Source: Syntrophobacterales bacterium (GTDB lineage Bacteria; Desulfobacterota; Syntrophia; Syntrophales; UBA5619). Taken from it: a DNA stretch of 64,000 nt. The notes under the pieces are model-generated. The model searched no databases. It worked only from the letters and a program-made list of their open reading frames with translations, and had not been told where the DNA came from. Each line of letters starts with the position of its first letter. The first letter of the stretch is position 1. The DNA is taken from contig JAHYJE010000001.1 in NCBI GenBank assembly GCA_019429105.1, positions 27,952 to 91,951 of the forward strand, in the 5' to 3' direction. This document shows positions 18,112 through 27,155 of this stretch, one piece after another. The translations under genes and the position numbers were made by a program.

Positions 18112-19490
18112 AGGGGAAGTTATTGATCATAGACGACGACGGCCTGATTCTCTCAGCCCTCACACGGTCGTTGAAGAAGCAGGGGTACGAAATCCTTGCC
18201 GACCAGCGGGGCCAGGACGCATTGGCCCTGGCCAAATCCTTCCAACCCGACGTAGTCCTGCTGGACATTAAACTCCCCGGTAAAAACGGGATTGAGATTC
18301 TGCAGGAGTTCACCGAAAACCGGATCACTGCGCAGGTCATAATGCTGACATCCGACGACACCGCCGAGACGGCAATCAAGGCGATGAAGCTCGGCGCCGT
18401 GGACTATCTGACCAAACCCTTCGACCTCGAGGAGGTTGAGATCGTTGTCCACAAAGCCATCGAAAAGGATCGGCTCGAACGGGAAGTCCAATGCCTCCGG
18501 CTGGCCAGCTCCGATTTTTCCGATAACCATTTCATCGGAAACGCAATTGCCATACAAGAGATCAAGGCGGAGGCAGCGAAAATGGCGGCCGCCAAGGTTT
18601 CCACGCTGCTGATCACCGGGGAAAGCGGCACAGGGAAGGAGGTTCTCGCCCGCCATATCCATCGGCTCCGTCACGGGGAGGAGGGAGCGCGTTGCGCCCC
18701 GTTTCTCCCGATAAATTGCAGCGCCCTGCCTGAATCCCTCCTGGAGAGCGAACTTTTTGGATATGAAAAGGGCGCCTTTACCGATGCCAAAGCCGAGAAA
18801 AAAGGCGTGTTCGAGCTGGCGAACAAGGGATCGATCCTGCTCGACGAAATCGGCGACATGAAGCAGGATCTCCAAAGCAAACTGCTGCGGATCGTCGAGC
18901 GAAAGGCGGTCCGGCGCATTGGCGGCGGGATGGAAATACCCGTCGATGTCACGGTTATGGCAACTACGAACCGGGATTTGACCAGGGCAATCGCGGCGCA
19001 GGAGTTTCGAATGGATCTCTATTACCGCCTGAATGCCTTTTCCATCCACCTTCCTCCCTTGCGGGAAAGAAAAGAGGACATCCCGGCGCTGGCCGGGCAT
19101 TTCCTTTCCTGGTTCTGCAGGCGCTACAACAATACCTCTTTGAAAGGATTTTCGCGAGAAGCCGAGGAGCTGATGAAGGACTATCGTTGGCCCGGCAACG
19201 TACGGGAGCTGAGAAACGTGATCGAACGGTTCGTCGTGCTGGAAAAATCAGAGCTGATAAGGCCTGAGCAACTGCCTCAGGACATGATTCGACCTGCGGC
19301 AGCGGCAGAAGATCGCACAAAAGCAGCGTTTAGGCTGCCCGAAGGAGGAATTTCCCTCGACGATGTGGAAAAAGATTTCATCATCCAGGCACTGGAACGG
19401 GGAAACCGGAACAAGGTTGTCGCCGCGAAACTCCTGAACATCACGTATCAGTCCTTACGCTATCAGATTCAGAAATTTGGACTGGAGTGA
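18102..19490 (+). CDS. Sigma-54-dependent response regulator (NtrC family)
   Basis: REC domain (DDDG…DIKLPG), AAA+ GESGTGKE, GAFTDA loop, C-terminal Fis-type HTH. Confidence 0.9.
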   Translation: MAVKGKLLIIDDDGLILSALTRSLKKQGYEILADQRGQDALALAKSFQPDVVLLDIKLPGKNGIEILQEFTENRITAQVIMLTSDDTAETAIKAMKLGAVDYLTKPFDLEEVEIVVHKAIEKDRLEREVQCLRLASSDFSDNHFIGNAIAIQEIKAEAAKMAAAKVSTLLITGESGTGKEVLARHIHRLRHGEEGARCAPFLPINCSALPESLLESELFGYEKGAFTDAKAEKKGVFELANKGSILLDEIGDMKQDLQSKLLRIVERKAVRRIGGGMEIPVDVTVMATTNRDLTRAIAAQEFRMDLYYRLNAFSIHLPPLRERKEDIPALAGHFLSWFCRRYNNTSLKGFSREAEELMKDYRWPGNVRELRNVIERFVVLEKSELIRPEQLPQDMIRPAAAAEDRTKAAFRLPEGGISLDDVEKDFIIQALERGNRNKVVAAKLLNITYQSLRYQIQKFGLE

Positions 19491-19522
19491 GTTTTCTTTC
19501 CGCCCGGAGAGCAGGAGGGCGG

Positions 19523-19891
19523 CTATTGCCCTGGCAGAACCGCTGCGAGCGCTGTCATCAACTCTGCGCTGTCGAAAGGTTTCTCCATGAACCTCAGGGC
19601 GCCCGCCGCGAGCGCCCGCCGAACATTATCTTCCGACCCGTCCGAACTGATAATGACCACCTTCGTGCCCGGCGAGATCCTCCGGATTTCCTGCATCAGA
19701 TCAAGACCGTTCGCATCCGGCAAGTGGATGTCCAGGAAAACGAGATCGTAAAAGGTTGCGCGCAGCTCAGCCAGCGCGTTCTTGCCGTCCTCTGCGATCT
19801 GATGGGCAACGTTCCTCTTTTCGAGCATCCGCCCCATCCCCCAGCATAACAGTTTATTGTCGTCCACGATCAGGACCTTCAGGGAAGCCAT
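19523..19891 (-). CDS. Single-domain response regulator (CheY-like)
   Basis: 122 aa. VDDN…FLDIHLPDANG…KPF. Confidence 0.85.
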   Translation of the reverse strand: MASLKVLIVDDNKLLCWGMGRMLEKRNVAHQIAEDGKNALAELRATFYDLVFLDIHLPDANGLDLMQEIRRISPGTKVVIISSDGSEDNVRRALAAGALRFMEKPFDSAELMTALAAVLPGQ

Positions 19892-19996
19892 GAAGGTGAT
19901 GACGCAATTACCATGCCGCCCTTGTCATCTCCTTTTCGATACTCTCTCCAGTCCAACCGACAACTGCATCCATCACGCAAACGCTATAACGTCGCT

Positions 19997-20031
19997 TGTT
20001 GAAATCAGCAAGTTGCTGGTTCATTTCAACA
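19997..20031. promoter_or_regulatory. Nested inverted repeat, candidate enhancer (UAS) site
   Basis: TGTTGAAAT-N17-ATTTCAACA, with an inner palindrome CAGCAA-g-TTGCTG. About 105 nt upstream of the sigma-54 promoter. Confidence 0.4.
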
Positions 20032-20136
20032 GGTAAAAAGCGGCGGTGACGACATCCATTTATGAACATCAGGTTTCGCTTTCAGAAACTGGCGTATAAC
20101 CGACCGCTTCTTGACATCTTTGCATAGAGAGAAAAC

Positions 20137-20152
20137 TGGCACGCCGGATGCA
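20137..20152 (+). promoter_or_regulatory. Sigma-54 (-24/-12) promoter for the decaheme cytochrome gene
   Basis: TGGCACGCCGGATGCA has GG and GC at the canonical spacing of TGGCACG-N4-TTGCW. It lies about 70 nt upstream of the ATG at 20223. Confidence 0.7.
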
Positions 20153-20222
20153 TTGAGGGCCTTGATGTCGTTTGAGGTGGAGCGTCCACCGTCAGCGCAA
20201 AACTAAGATGAGGAGAATAATT

Positions 20223-21470
20223 ATGAAAAGAAGAATGGCATTTTTTATCGCTATTGTGGGTATCTTCCTTGTAACCTCCACTTATACCGCCTGCACAATG
20301 GTAGCGAAATCCGATTCTGCCGCACCCGCGCCTTCCGCAAACGCCAAGTGCTTCGCCTGTCACAGCAACAAGAATCTGGCCATGAAAGTCGGCAGCGAAA
20401 GCGTGCCGCTTTACGTGGATGCGGCCGCCTACGCCGCGGGGAAGCACGGCAAGGCCGAATGCCTCTCCTGTCACACGGGAATGAAACCTACGCCGCCGCA
20501 CAACGCCAAGCGCACTTACGGCAGTTGGGCGCGCTTCAGCGCCAAGAATGCGGACACGACCAAGACGCGCAATTTCTACGTCGTTGATGGCAGCGCCTGT
20601 CTCGCGTGCCATAAGGATGCCCGCTACGCGGCCTTCATGAAGAGCGAACATGCGACCATCAAGGATATGATATTCGAGGCGGACGGCAAGCCGCGCGTCG
20701 CGCAAAAAATCAAGGGTACGGACGGCAAGGTTTATACCATTAACGAAACCTTTGCCGGCAACGAAGCCGACTGCAGTCGCTGCCATATTCGGACCAATTG
20801 CGGCACCTGCCACTGGAAAACTCAGATCAAGCAAAAGAAGGCAGGCAACGTCATCGATCTGTGGACAAAGTACGACAAGGAAAGCGACACTGCCAAAGCC
20901 GCGATGACCGAATCGGCAATGGACTGGACCGTGAATGTCGCCTCGCATGAATTCCTCGGCAAGGCCGCGCTGACCAAATCCAACGACATCTGCGCCGCGT
21001 GCCATGTCGGCTACTACCAGGGCGACAAAACCAAGGCCGCAATTGGCGTCCACGGCACAGGCATCCGCCGCCACCCGCAGGTGCCGGAGTTGCAACTTTC
21101 AGCCAAACGCGGGGTGCATAAATCCATGCAACTCTGCACGGATTGCCATACCGAACTGCACGATATCCTGCTCAAGAATACGGAACAGGGCGGCCGAACG
21201 GGCGGCAAGACGCAGTGCGTGAACTGCCACGCGGACAAGGCAATGAAAACCCTCCACAAGGATGTTACTTGCGCGGGGTGCCATGACGCGGAGTTGGGCG
21301 TCCAACGCGACGCTGAAACTAAGATGGTTGTCCCGATGGCGGTCAAACACCTGGTAATGGAGTCGTGGCCTTCCCACAATCTGACCAGAGAGGTCAATTG
21401 CCAGAAGTGCCATGTTGCCGGCAACAAGGTCGGCGCATCACAGAAAGTAAGTCCGATTAAGATACACTGA
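20223..21470 (+). CDS. Decaheme c-type cytochrome with a signal peptide
   Basis: Ten CxxCH motifs (CFACH, CLSCH, CLACH, CSRCH, CGTCH, CAACH, CTDCH, CVNCH, CAGCH, CQKCH). Start chosen at MKRRMAFFIAIVG with RBS gaggag. Confidence 0.9.
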   Translation: MKRRMAFFIAIVGIFLVTSTYTACTMVAKSDSAAPAPSANAKCFACHSNKNLAMKVGSESVPLYVDAAAYAAGKHGKAECLSCHTGMKPTPPHNAKRTYGSWARFSAKNADTTKTRNFYVVDGSACLACHKDARYAAFMKSEHATIKDMIFEADGKPRVAQKIKGTDGKVYTINETFAGNEADCSRCHIRTNCGTCHWKTQIKQKKAGNVIDLWTKYDKESDTAKAAMTESAMDWTVNVASHEFLGKAALTKSNDICAACHVGYYQGDKTKAAIGVHGTGIRRHPQVPELQLSAKRGVHKSMQLCTDCHTELHDILLKNTEQGGRTGGKTQCVNCHADKAMKTLHKDVTCAGCHDAELGVQRDAETKMVVPMAVKHLVMESWPSHNLTREVNCQKCHVAGNKVGASQKVSPIKIH

Positions 21471-21504
21471 GCGCTTTGTATTTTATAAAGGCGAATGGCA
21501 TCAA

Positions 21505-21544
21505 CCCCACGGGGCGGGGGAGAACTCCTGCCCCGTGGGGTTTT
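21505..21544 (+). terminator. Rho-independent terminator
   Basis: 11-bp perfect stem CCCCACGGGGC/GCCCCGTGGGG followed by TTTT. Confidence 0.8.
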
Positions 21545-21634
21545 ACCGACGGCGCGAAAAAGGGATCATATTTGTTATTATCCCGCTGACGTAAAAAACG
21601 GAAATTAAAAGTTCCTCTTGCGCCTCCGCTCGCA

Positions 21635-22906
21635 TCACTGATTTTTCTCCTCGGCATCATCCAAAAGGAGATCGGTTGCATCCGCCGTTGGCATAACCTC
21701 CACATCCTTAAGCTTTCTTCCGATCGCCCTCGACCGCGTCTGCGCCTGCTCGATCGTCTCCGACGCCTCGTGGATCTTCTTTTGCACCCGGGACAGTATC
21801 TCCCCGTATTTAGACCACTCCGTCTTTACCGCCGCGAGCAGTCGCCAAACCTCCGCCGAGCGCTGCTGGATCGCCAGCGTTCGGAAACCCGCCTGCAGGC
21901 TGCTGAGGAGTCCCCAGAGGGTGGTCGGGCCGGCAATCGCCACCCGGAATTCCCGCTGCAACTGTTCGACAAGGCCGCCCCGGCGGATCACCTCGGCAAA
22001 GAGCCCCTCCGTCGGCAGAAACATGATTGCAAAATCGGTCGTTTGCGGCGGATTCAGATACTTTCCCGCAATGTCGGCGGCGCAGCGCCGGACGCTGCTT
22101 TCCAATTGCTTTCCGGCAGCTTCTGCGGCTTCGGCGTTGCCCTCCTGCTGGGCGTCAACAAGTCGCTGGTAGTCCTCAAGGGGAAATTTCGCATCGATCG
22201 GAAGCCAGACAATCTCATTTTTGTCAGCGCTTTGCCCGGGCAGCCTGATTGCGAATTCGACCCGTTCGCCTCCGCCTTTTGTGGCCACATTGGCTGAGTA
22301 CTGATTCGGGGCGAGCGCCTGCTCCAGCATCGCCCCCAACTGCACCTCGCCCCACGTCCCCCGCACCTTGACGTTCGTCAGTGCCCTTTTCAAATCGCCG
22401 ACGCCGGCGGCCAGGGACTGCATCTCGCCCAAACCCCGGGAGACCTGTTCGAGACGCTCTCCCACCTGCTTGAATGACTCGCCCAGCCTCTTTTCCAGGG
22501 TTCCCTGGAGCTTTTCGTCCACTGTTTCCCGCATCCGCTCAAGCTGCCGGGCGTTGTCCTCCTGAATTGTCCCCAAGCGCCTCTCCACCACTTCCCGGAG
22601 CAGCGTGAGCTTCTGCTCGGTTGTCCGAGTTAACGTGTCGAAATGACCATACAGCGTATCTCCGACCCCTTTGAGCGTGCCCGCCATCTCCTCCCGCGCC
22701 TGCCGAAGCGCCAGGAGCGTCTCCTCGCGATTTCGACCGAGCTCGACGCCTACGGCCCGCTCGGCCCGCTCCGACAACTGTGAAAGCAGGAGGAGTTCCT
22801 GTCTGAGACTGACAATTTCTCCCGAGACTTTACGAAAAAGCAGAAAAAACAAAACGAGGATGATTAAAAACAACCCCGCGCCGCTTGTGAGCATCAAATC
22901 CTCCAT
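21635..22906 (-). CDS. rmuC: DNA recombination protein RmuC
   Basis: 423 aa. N-terminal TM, long coiled coil and C-terminal RmuC region (IVWLPIDAKFP, MFLPTEGLF). Confidence 0.85.
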   Translation of the reverse strand: MEDLMLTSGAGLFLIILVLFFLLFRKVSGEIVSLRQELLLLSQLSERAERAVGVELGRNREETLLALRQAREEMAGTLKGVGDTLYGHFDTLTRTTEQKLTLLREVVERRLGTIQEDNARQLERMRETVDEKLQGTLEKRLGESFKQVGERLEQVSRGLGEMQSLAAGVGDLKRALTNVKVRGTWGEVQLGAMLEQALAPNQYSANVATKGGGERVEFAIRLPGQSADKNEIVWLPIDAKFPLEDYQRLVDAQQEGNAEAAEAAGKQLESSVRRCAADIAGKYLNPPQTTDFAIMFLPTEGLFAEVIRRGGLVEQLQREFRVAIAGPTTLWGLLSSLQAGFRTLAIQQRSAEVWRLLAAVKTEWSKYGEILSRVQKKIHEASETIEQAQTRSRAIGRKLKDVEVMPTADATDLLLDDAEEKNQ

Positions 22907-23061
22907 AATCTCTTCATCACCGCCGTTTTAATGAATTCTCTAACTGCAATCCCCGACTAAGCAAGGGGGAAAGCCAGGTTATTTTCAATCTGCCGGTCGG
23001 GCCGGCGCCTCGCCTGGCCTGTTTTCACACTTCTTTGTGACGGCGCACCACCGTGGCTGTT

Positions 23062-25011
23062 TCATCGTTTCGTCATGCGCCGCACTGCCCAGCGGACAAG
23101 AAATGCCAGGGCAACCAAGATAAAGGCAAATAATGCGACGGCGCTTACGGTGATCCAGCCGGCGCCCTCCAGGAGGCGGACGGGGTTCCACGACGGCGCA
23201 GAAACGCCCCGCCGGTCGGGATTCCGGTATTCTCTCGGCAGCTCCCCTACCCCGTCTTTGTTGCTGTCCGGCAGCGATTGGAAATAGGAAGTCAGAGCCG
23301 CCCATTCTTTCAGTTCCTGAACGCCGGTTTTTTCGGCATCTGCGTCTATTCTCAGCAGTTTCATATCGGATACCGGCTTTCCGGCTGCGTCCTTCGGCGT
23401 CAGTTTTATCAAACCGTGCGACGCCCGGGTCACAAACCCGAGCATTCCCGCCGTATAGGCATTCACGCAGATGCGGTAGAGCTTGTCGGCAACGAGCGGA
23501 ACGAAAGCGCCGTTTTCGTCCTGGACGGCGATCGAGACTACGCGGTCAAAGGGAACGCGGTGCGGATTCCAGGAAAACCGGACGCCGGCGACCTGCATAT
23601 AGGCGTCGGGCTTCAGCGACGCTATCGTCGGCTGCACCTCGAGCATGCTGGCGATCTCTTTTCCGGTCAGATAAACCGACAAAAGCGGGTAGCCGGGCCG
23701 GCCATCCATCCCCAGTCCCAGGGGCAAAACCTTGAAGACATCGGCAACACTGATTTTTCCTGCCAGAAAAGTATCCCTGATCTGGCCGTCGGTGGTCAGC
23801 GCGATATCAATATGCCGGTAATCTTTACCCTCCGCCTGCCGCACCGCAAAACGAAAGGCGTCCGCGATCATGTTCCCGATCCCGTTTTCCTGAAGCCTTG
23901 TCTGGTGATAGGCGGGAGAGGCCATATCGTAAGCGGTTTCGGCAACTATCTGGTCATGACTAAAATTGAACGAAGCGAAATACCGCTGATCGACCAGTTT
24001 TTTAAATATCTCAATTTTTCCGGCAATCGCCTTGTCTTCCGGAATCTCGGCGGAAGTTTTCTCCAAACGATAGGAAGAGACGACGACGCCCGTTTCCCGG
24101 GAAATGTCCAGATCAAGCGCCCCGAGATAGGCGCCGGAACTCCCTGACGAGACTATGACCGTCTTGCCGACGACTATCGGTTGCGGCAGGGTCGTATGGG
24201 TGTGACCGCTGATGACGACATCAATCCCGGGAACCTTTTCCGGCAGGAGCTCGTCCTCGGAATGCGACTTCACGGACTTTGTCCCGGAGTGGGAGAGGCA
24301 GACGACCAAATCAACCTTTTCCCTGGTGCGGAGAAGTTCAACCATTGCCCGGCTGCGCTCCACCGGGTCGGCGAAAGAGACAGGCTTCGCAAAGGGCATG
24401 TCATCCGCGGCGTCGCGCCCCATTATCGCGAAAAATCCAATCCGGATTCCGTTTATTTCCAAAACATTGTACCCGGAAACGGGGTATTCGCCAAAGGCAG
24501 CCTGCAGACTGTCATCCCGGTTGTCATCCTTGGCAAACGCCACATTGGAGGCGACAAGCGCCGGGAGCCGGCTTCCTTTCGCGCGGGCTGACCGGAGCAT
24601 CGCGGCCAGCCCCGCCGGGCGAAAGTCGTAGTCGTGATTGCCCAGCGCGACGACATCGTATCCCATCTCCCCCATCAGGCGCAGCTCCAGGGCCTCCTCG
24701 CGAAACTCCGTATGAAAAGCCGTCCCCATCGAGAAATCACCCGCATCAACAAGAATGCTGCGCCCGGCCGCCTTTCCCCGTTCGCGCCCGATCAGGCTTG
24801 CCAGACGCGCGTAGCCGCCCTGCTTTTTGCGGCCGCCGTTTTCAGGAACAATATCAGGGAGAAAATGGGAATGGAGATCATGGGTAAACAGGAAGGTAAG
24901 CTTCTTTGCCTCTTTGCCCGGCAACCCGGCATCCCCGTAAAGCGCGCCGGGGAAAAATGACGGGACAAGAAACAAAACCAACAGGACGATCAAGAAACCG
25001 AATCTTTTCAT
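23062..25011 (-). CDS. Bifunctional metallophosphatase / 5'-nucleotidase (UshA-like) with a C-terminal TM anchor
   Basis: THDLHSH, DAGDF, GNHDYDF and SGHTH motifs. Start trimmed to MKRFGFLIVLL. Confidence 0.85.
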   Translation of the reverse strand: MKRFGFLIVLLVLFLVPSFFPGALYGDAGLPGKEAKKLTFLFTHDLHSHFLPDIVPENGGRKKQGGYARLASLIGRERGKAAGRSILVDAGDFSMGTAFHTEFREEALELRLMGEMGYDVVALGNHDYDFRPAGLAAMLRSARAKGSRLPALVASNVAFAKDDNRDDSLQAAFGEYPVSGYNVLEINGIRIGFFAIMGRDAADDMPFAKPVSFADPVERSRAMVELLRTREKVDLVVCLSHSGTKSVKSHSEDELLPEKVPGIDVVISGHTHTTLPQPIVVGKTVIVSSGSSGAYLGALDLDISRETGVVVSSYRLEKTSAEIPEDKAIAGKIEIFKKLVDQRYFASFNFSHDQIVAETAYDMASPAYHQTRLQENGIGNMIADAFRFAVRQAEGKDYRHIDIALTTDGQIRDTFLAGKISVADVFKVLPLGLGMDGRPGYPLLSVYLTGKEIASMLEVQPTIASLKPDAYMQVAGVRFSWNPHRVPFDRVVSIAVQDENGAFVPLVADKLYRICVNAYTAGMLGFVTRASHGLIKLTPKDAAGKPVSDMKLLRIDADAEKTGVQELKEWAALTSYFQSLPDSNKDGVGELPREYRNPDRRGVSAPSWNPVRLLEGAGWITVSAVALFAFILVALAFLVRWAVRRMTKR

Positions 25012-25230
25012 GGCTTTTCTCTTTTCTGCAAATAATTGCCGCAAGATAACTTGCTCAGGTTGTTTGGACTGATAGCGCAACTTCCTTAGGGATGCAACTG
25101 CGATTTTAAGAAAACGGCGGAACTCTGAGTTTTGTGTGATCTCGCGTAGTTATTCACCGCCATCCCCCTAACCGCCTACAAAATGCCCATCTTCGCAGTT
25201 AAAAATCTCTTTTCGTACATCCCTTTGTCA

Positions 25231-25259
25231 TTGACAGAACTTAACAGCAACCATATAGT
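25231..25259 (+). promoter_or_regulatory. Near-consensus sigma-70 promoter upstream of dedA
   Basis: TTGACA, 17-nt spacer, TATAGT. Confidence 0.6.
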
Positions 25260-25337
25260 ACATTGGTTTTTTACGAAAGAGGGAAAGTCCGGACGGATGC
25301 GTGCAGGATGAACCAGAAAATTTTTAACCGGAGGAGC

Positions 25338-25503
25338 CAATTGCAAAACTCCCACATTCTGTCATTCCCGCAATGATTTTAAGCGGGAAAACGAAGTTTA
25401 ATGTTCATAATCTGGTTCTAACTGCTTGAAAAACCGTATTCCCGATAGAAGCATTGTGTACATTAAGCTCCGCTTTCGGGAATGACAAATAGTTTTGCAA
25501 TTG
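25338..25503 (+). mobile_element. MITE-like 166-bp element, copy 2. It lies in the dedA leader.
   Basis: Differs from copy 1 at 2 positions and from copy 3 at 3 (1 internal plus the two terminal bases), as read by eye. Confidence 0.85.
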
Positions 25504-25527
25504 CCTCAGGGGAAAACGAGATACAGC

Positions 25528-26184
25528 ATGATAGATTTTCTTTTCAATTTTATCGACCTCTTCCTGCACTTAGACAGGCATCTGGCCGATGTCCTGCAGT
25601 ATTTCGGGGGCTGGACATACCTTGTCATCTTTCTTATCATCTTCTGCGAGACCGGCCTGGTCGTGACGCCGATACTTCCCGGCGACTCGCTGCTCTTCGG
25701 CCTCGGCGCCTTCGCCGCCAACCCCTACCTGAAGGGACCTCTGGGAGTGGAACTGCTCTTTATCGTCCTTTCCCTCGCCGCAATCGCCGGCGATTCAGTG
25801 AATTATGCAATCGGCCACTACCTTGGGCCGAAGGTGTTTCAGAAAGAGGACGGCCGTTTCTTCAAGAAAGCTTATCTCGAAAAGACCCATCAGTTTTATG
25901 AAAAACACGGAGGAAAAACGATCATCATCGCCCGCTTCATGCCGATTATCCGAACCTTTGCCCCGTTCGTCGCGGGCATCGGGCGGATGAGCTATTCCCG
26001 CTTCATCTCCTATAACGTAATCGGCGGCATCTCGTGGATTTCGCTGTTTATTTTCGGGGGCTATTTCTTTGGAAACATCTCTTTTGTAAAAGACAACTTC
26101 ACGCTGGTTATAATCTCGATAATCATCATCTCCGTACTGCCCGGGGCAATTGAGTATTTCCGGCAGCGGCGCAAAACAGCATGA
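25528..26184 (+). CDS. DedA-family membrane protein
   Basis: [19 protein letters not shown] motif. Start chosen at MIDFLFNF. The upstream part of the track ORF is MITE-derived. Confidence 0.85.
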   Translation: MIDFLFNFIDLFLHLDRHLADVLQYFGGWTYLVIFLIIFCETGLVVTPILPGDSLLFGLGAFAANPYLKGPLGVELLFIVLSLAAIAGDSVNYAIGHYLGPKVFQKEDGRFFKKAYLEKTHQFYEKHGGKTIIIARFMPIIRTFAPFVAGIGRMSYSRFISYNVIGGISWISLFIFGGYFFGNISFVKDNFTLVIISIIIISVLPGAIEYFRQRRKTA

Positions 26185-27089
26185 AAAATAAATATGAGGC
26201 TGCCTTCATGACAATCAAGACCAATCTTCAACGCGCCTTTTTTTTGCTGCTTGTCTTAGCGACGATGCTGTTTGTTACAGCGCCCGCCTTTGCCGCCAAC
26301 GACAAAAGCGTCATCCGCCTCGGCAAAGACATCACGATAGAAAAAGGGGAGAAAGTCAGGCGGATTATAGCAATCATGGGTCAGATCACCGTAAAAGGCA
26401 CGGTTGACGACAGCGTCCTGGCAATTGGCGGTTCGGTCGTACTCACAAAAACGGCTGTCGTAAAAGGAGATGTCGCCTCCGTCGGCGGTGTGATAGTAGT
26501 GGCAAAAGATGCCGAAATCGGCGGCAATCTGACGGAAATCAACTCCACAAACATCTACGAAACATTAATAAATTCAATAAACAGCCAATGGGATGGCTGG
26601 TCCTGGGTCTTCGCGCTCATTTCGCTTTCCATGCTGACTGTCATCCTGTGCATGGCGCTGCTGACGGCCGCGCTCTTGCCAAAGCAGGTAATAATGGTTT
26701 CGGAGGCAATCAGCGAAAACACCCTCAAGGTCATCCTGACCGGAGTTCTTGCCCTGATTGCGATCGCCCCGCTGGCGCTGCTTCTGACCATCTCGGTCAT
26801 CGGCATCGCGCTGATTCCGCTGGAGGTGATCCTGGTCGTACTGACGGCCTTGCTCGGCTTCATTGCCGTAAGCCGTCTCATCGGCGCCTGGGCGCTGCGC
26901 CTCGCCGGCAAGGGAGACGCGGGCGTTGTCCGGCAGACATTCTGGGGCCTCGTTATTATCTGGATTATCGGCTGGATCCCCTATTTGGGCTGGATGATAA
27001 AGGCGATCTCCATCGTGATCGGGCTGGGGGCGGCATTGATAACCCGCTTTGGCACCCATCAGGGCTGGAAGGGCTTGCCCCAAAACTAA
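26181..27089 (+). CDS. Membrane protein with N-terminal beta-helical (bactofilin-like) repeats and a multi-TM C-terminal region
   Basis: 302 aa. Repeats [33 protein letters not shown], followed by hydrophobic segments. Confidence 0.5.
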   Translation: MKNKYEAAFMTIKTNLQRAFFLLLVLATMLFVTAPAFAANDKSVIRLGKDITIEKGEKVRRIIAIMGQITVKGTVDDSVLAIGGSVVLTKTAVVKGDVASVGGVIVVAKDAEIGGNLTEINSTNIYETLINSINSQWDGWSWVFALISLSMLTVILCMALLTAALLPKQVIMVSEAISENTLKVILTGVLALIAIAPLALLLTISVIGIALIPLEVILVVLTALLGFIAVSRLIGAWALRLAGKGDAGVVRQTFWGLVIIWIIGWIPYLGWMIKAISIVIGLGAALITRFGTHQGWKGLPQN

Positions 27090-27155
27090 AAAAAAGCGCC
27101 TTTCGTAAGAAGGGGCGATAACTTTATAAGTTACTTAATTGAAAGGAGATTTCTT

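Noticed and set aside
25279-25292. GAGGGAAAGTCCGG, which resembles the conserved CR-I/P4 motif of RNase P RNA.
   Set aside because: Only this short motif matches. The surrounding approximately 60 nt run into the MITE and then dedA, so there is no room for a 350-400 nt RNase P RNA and no other conserved regions.
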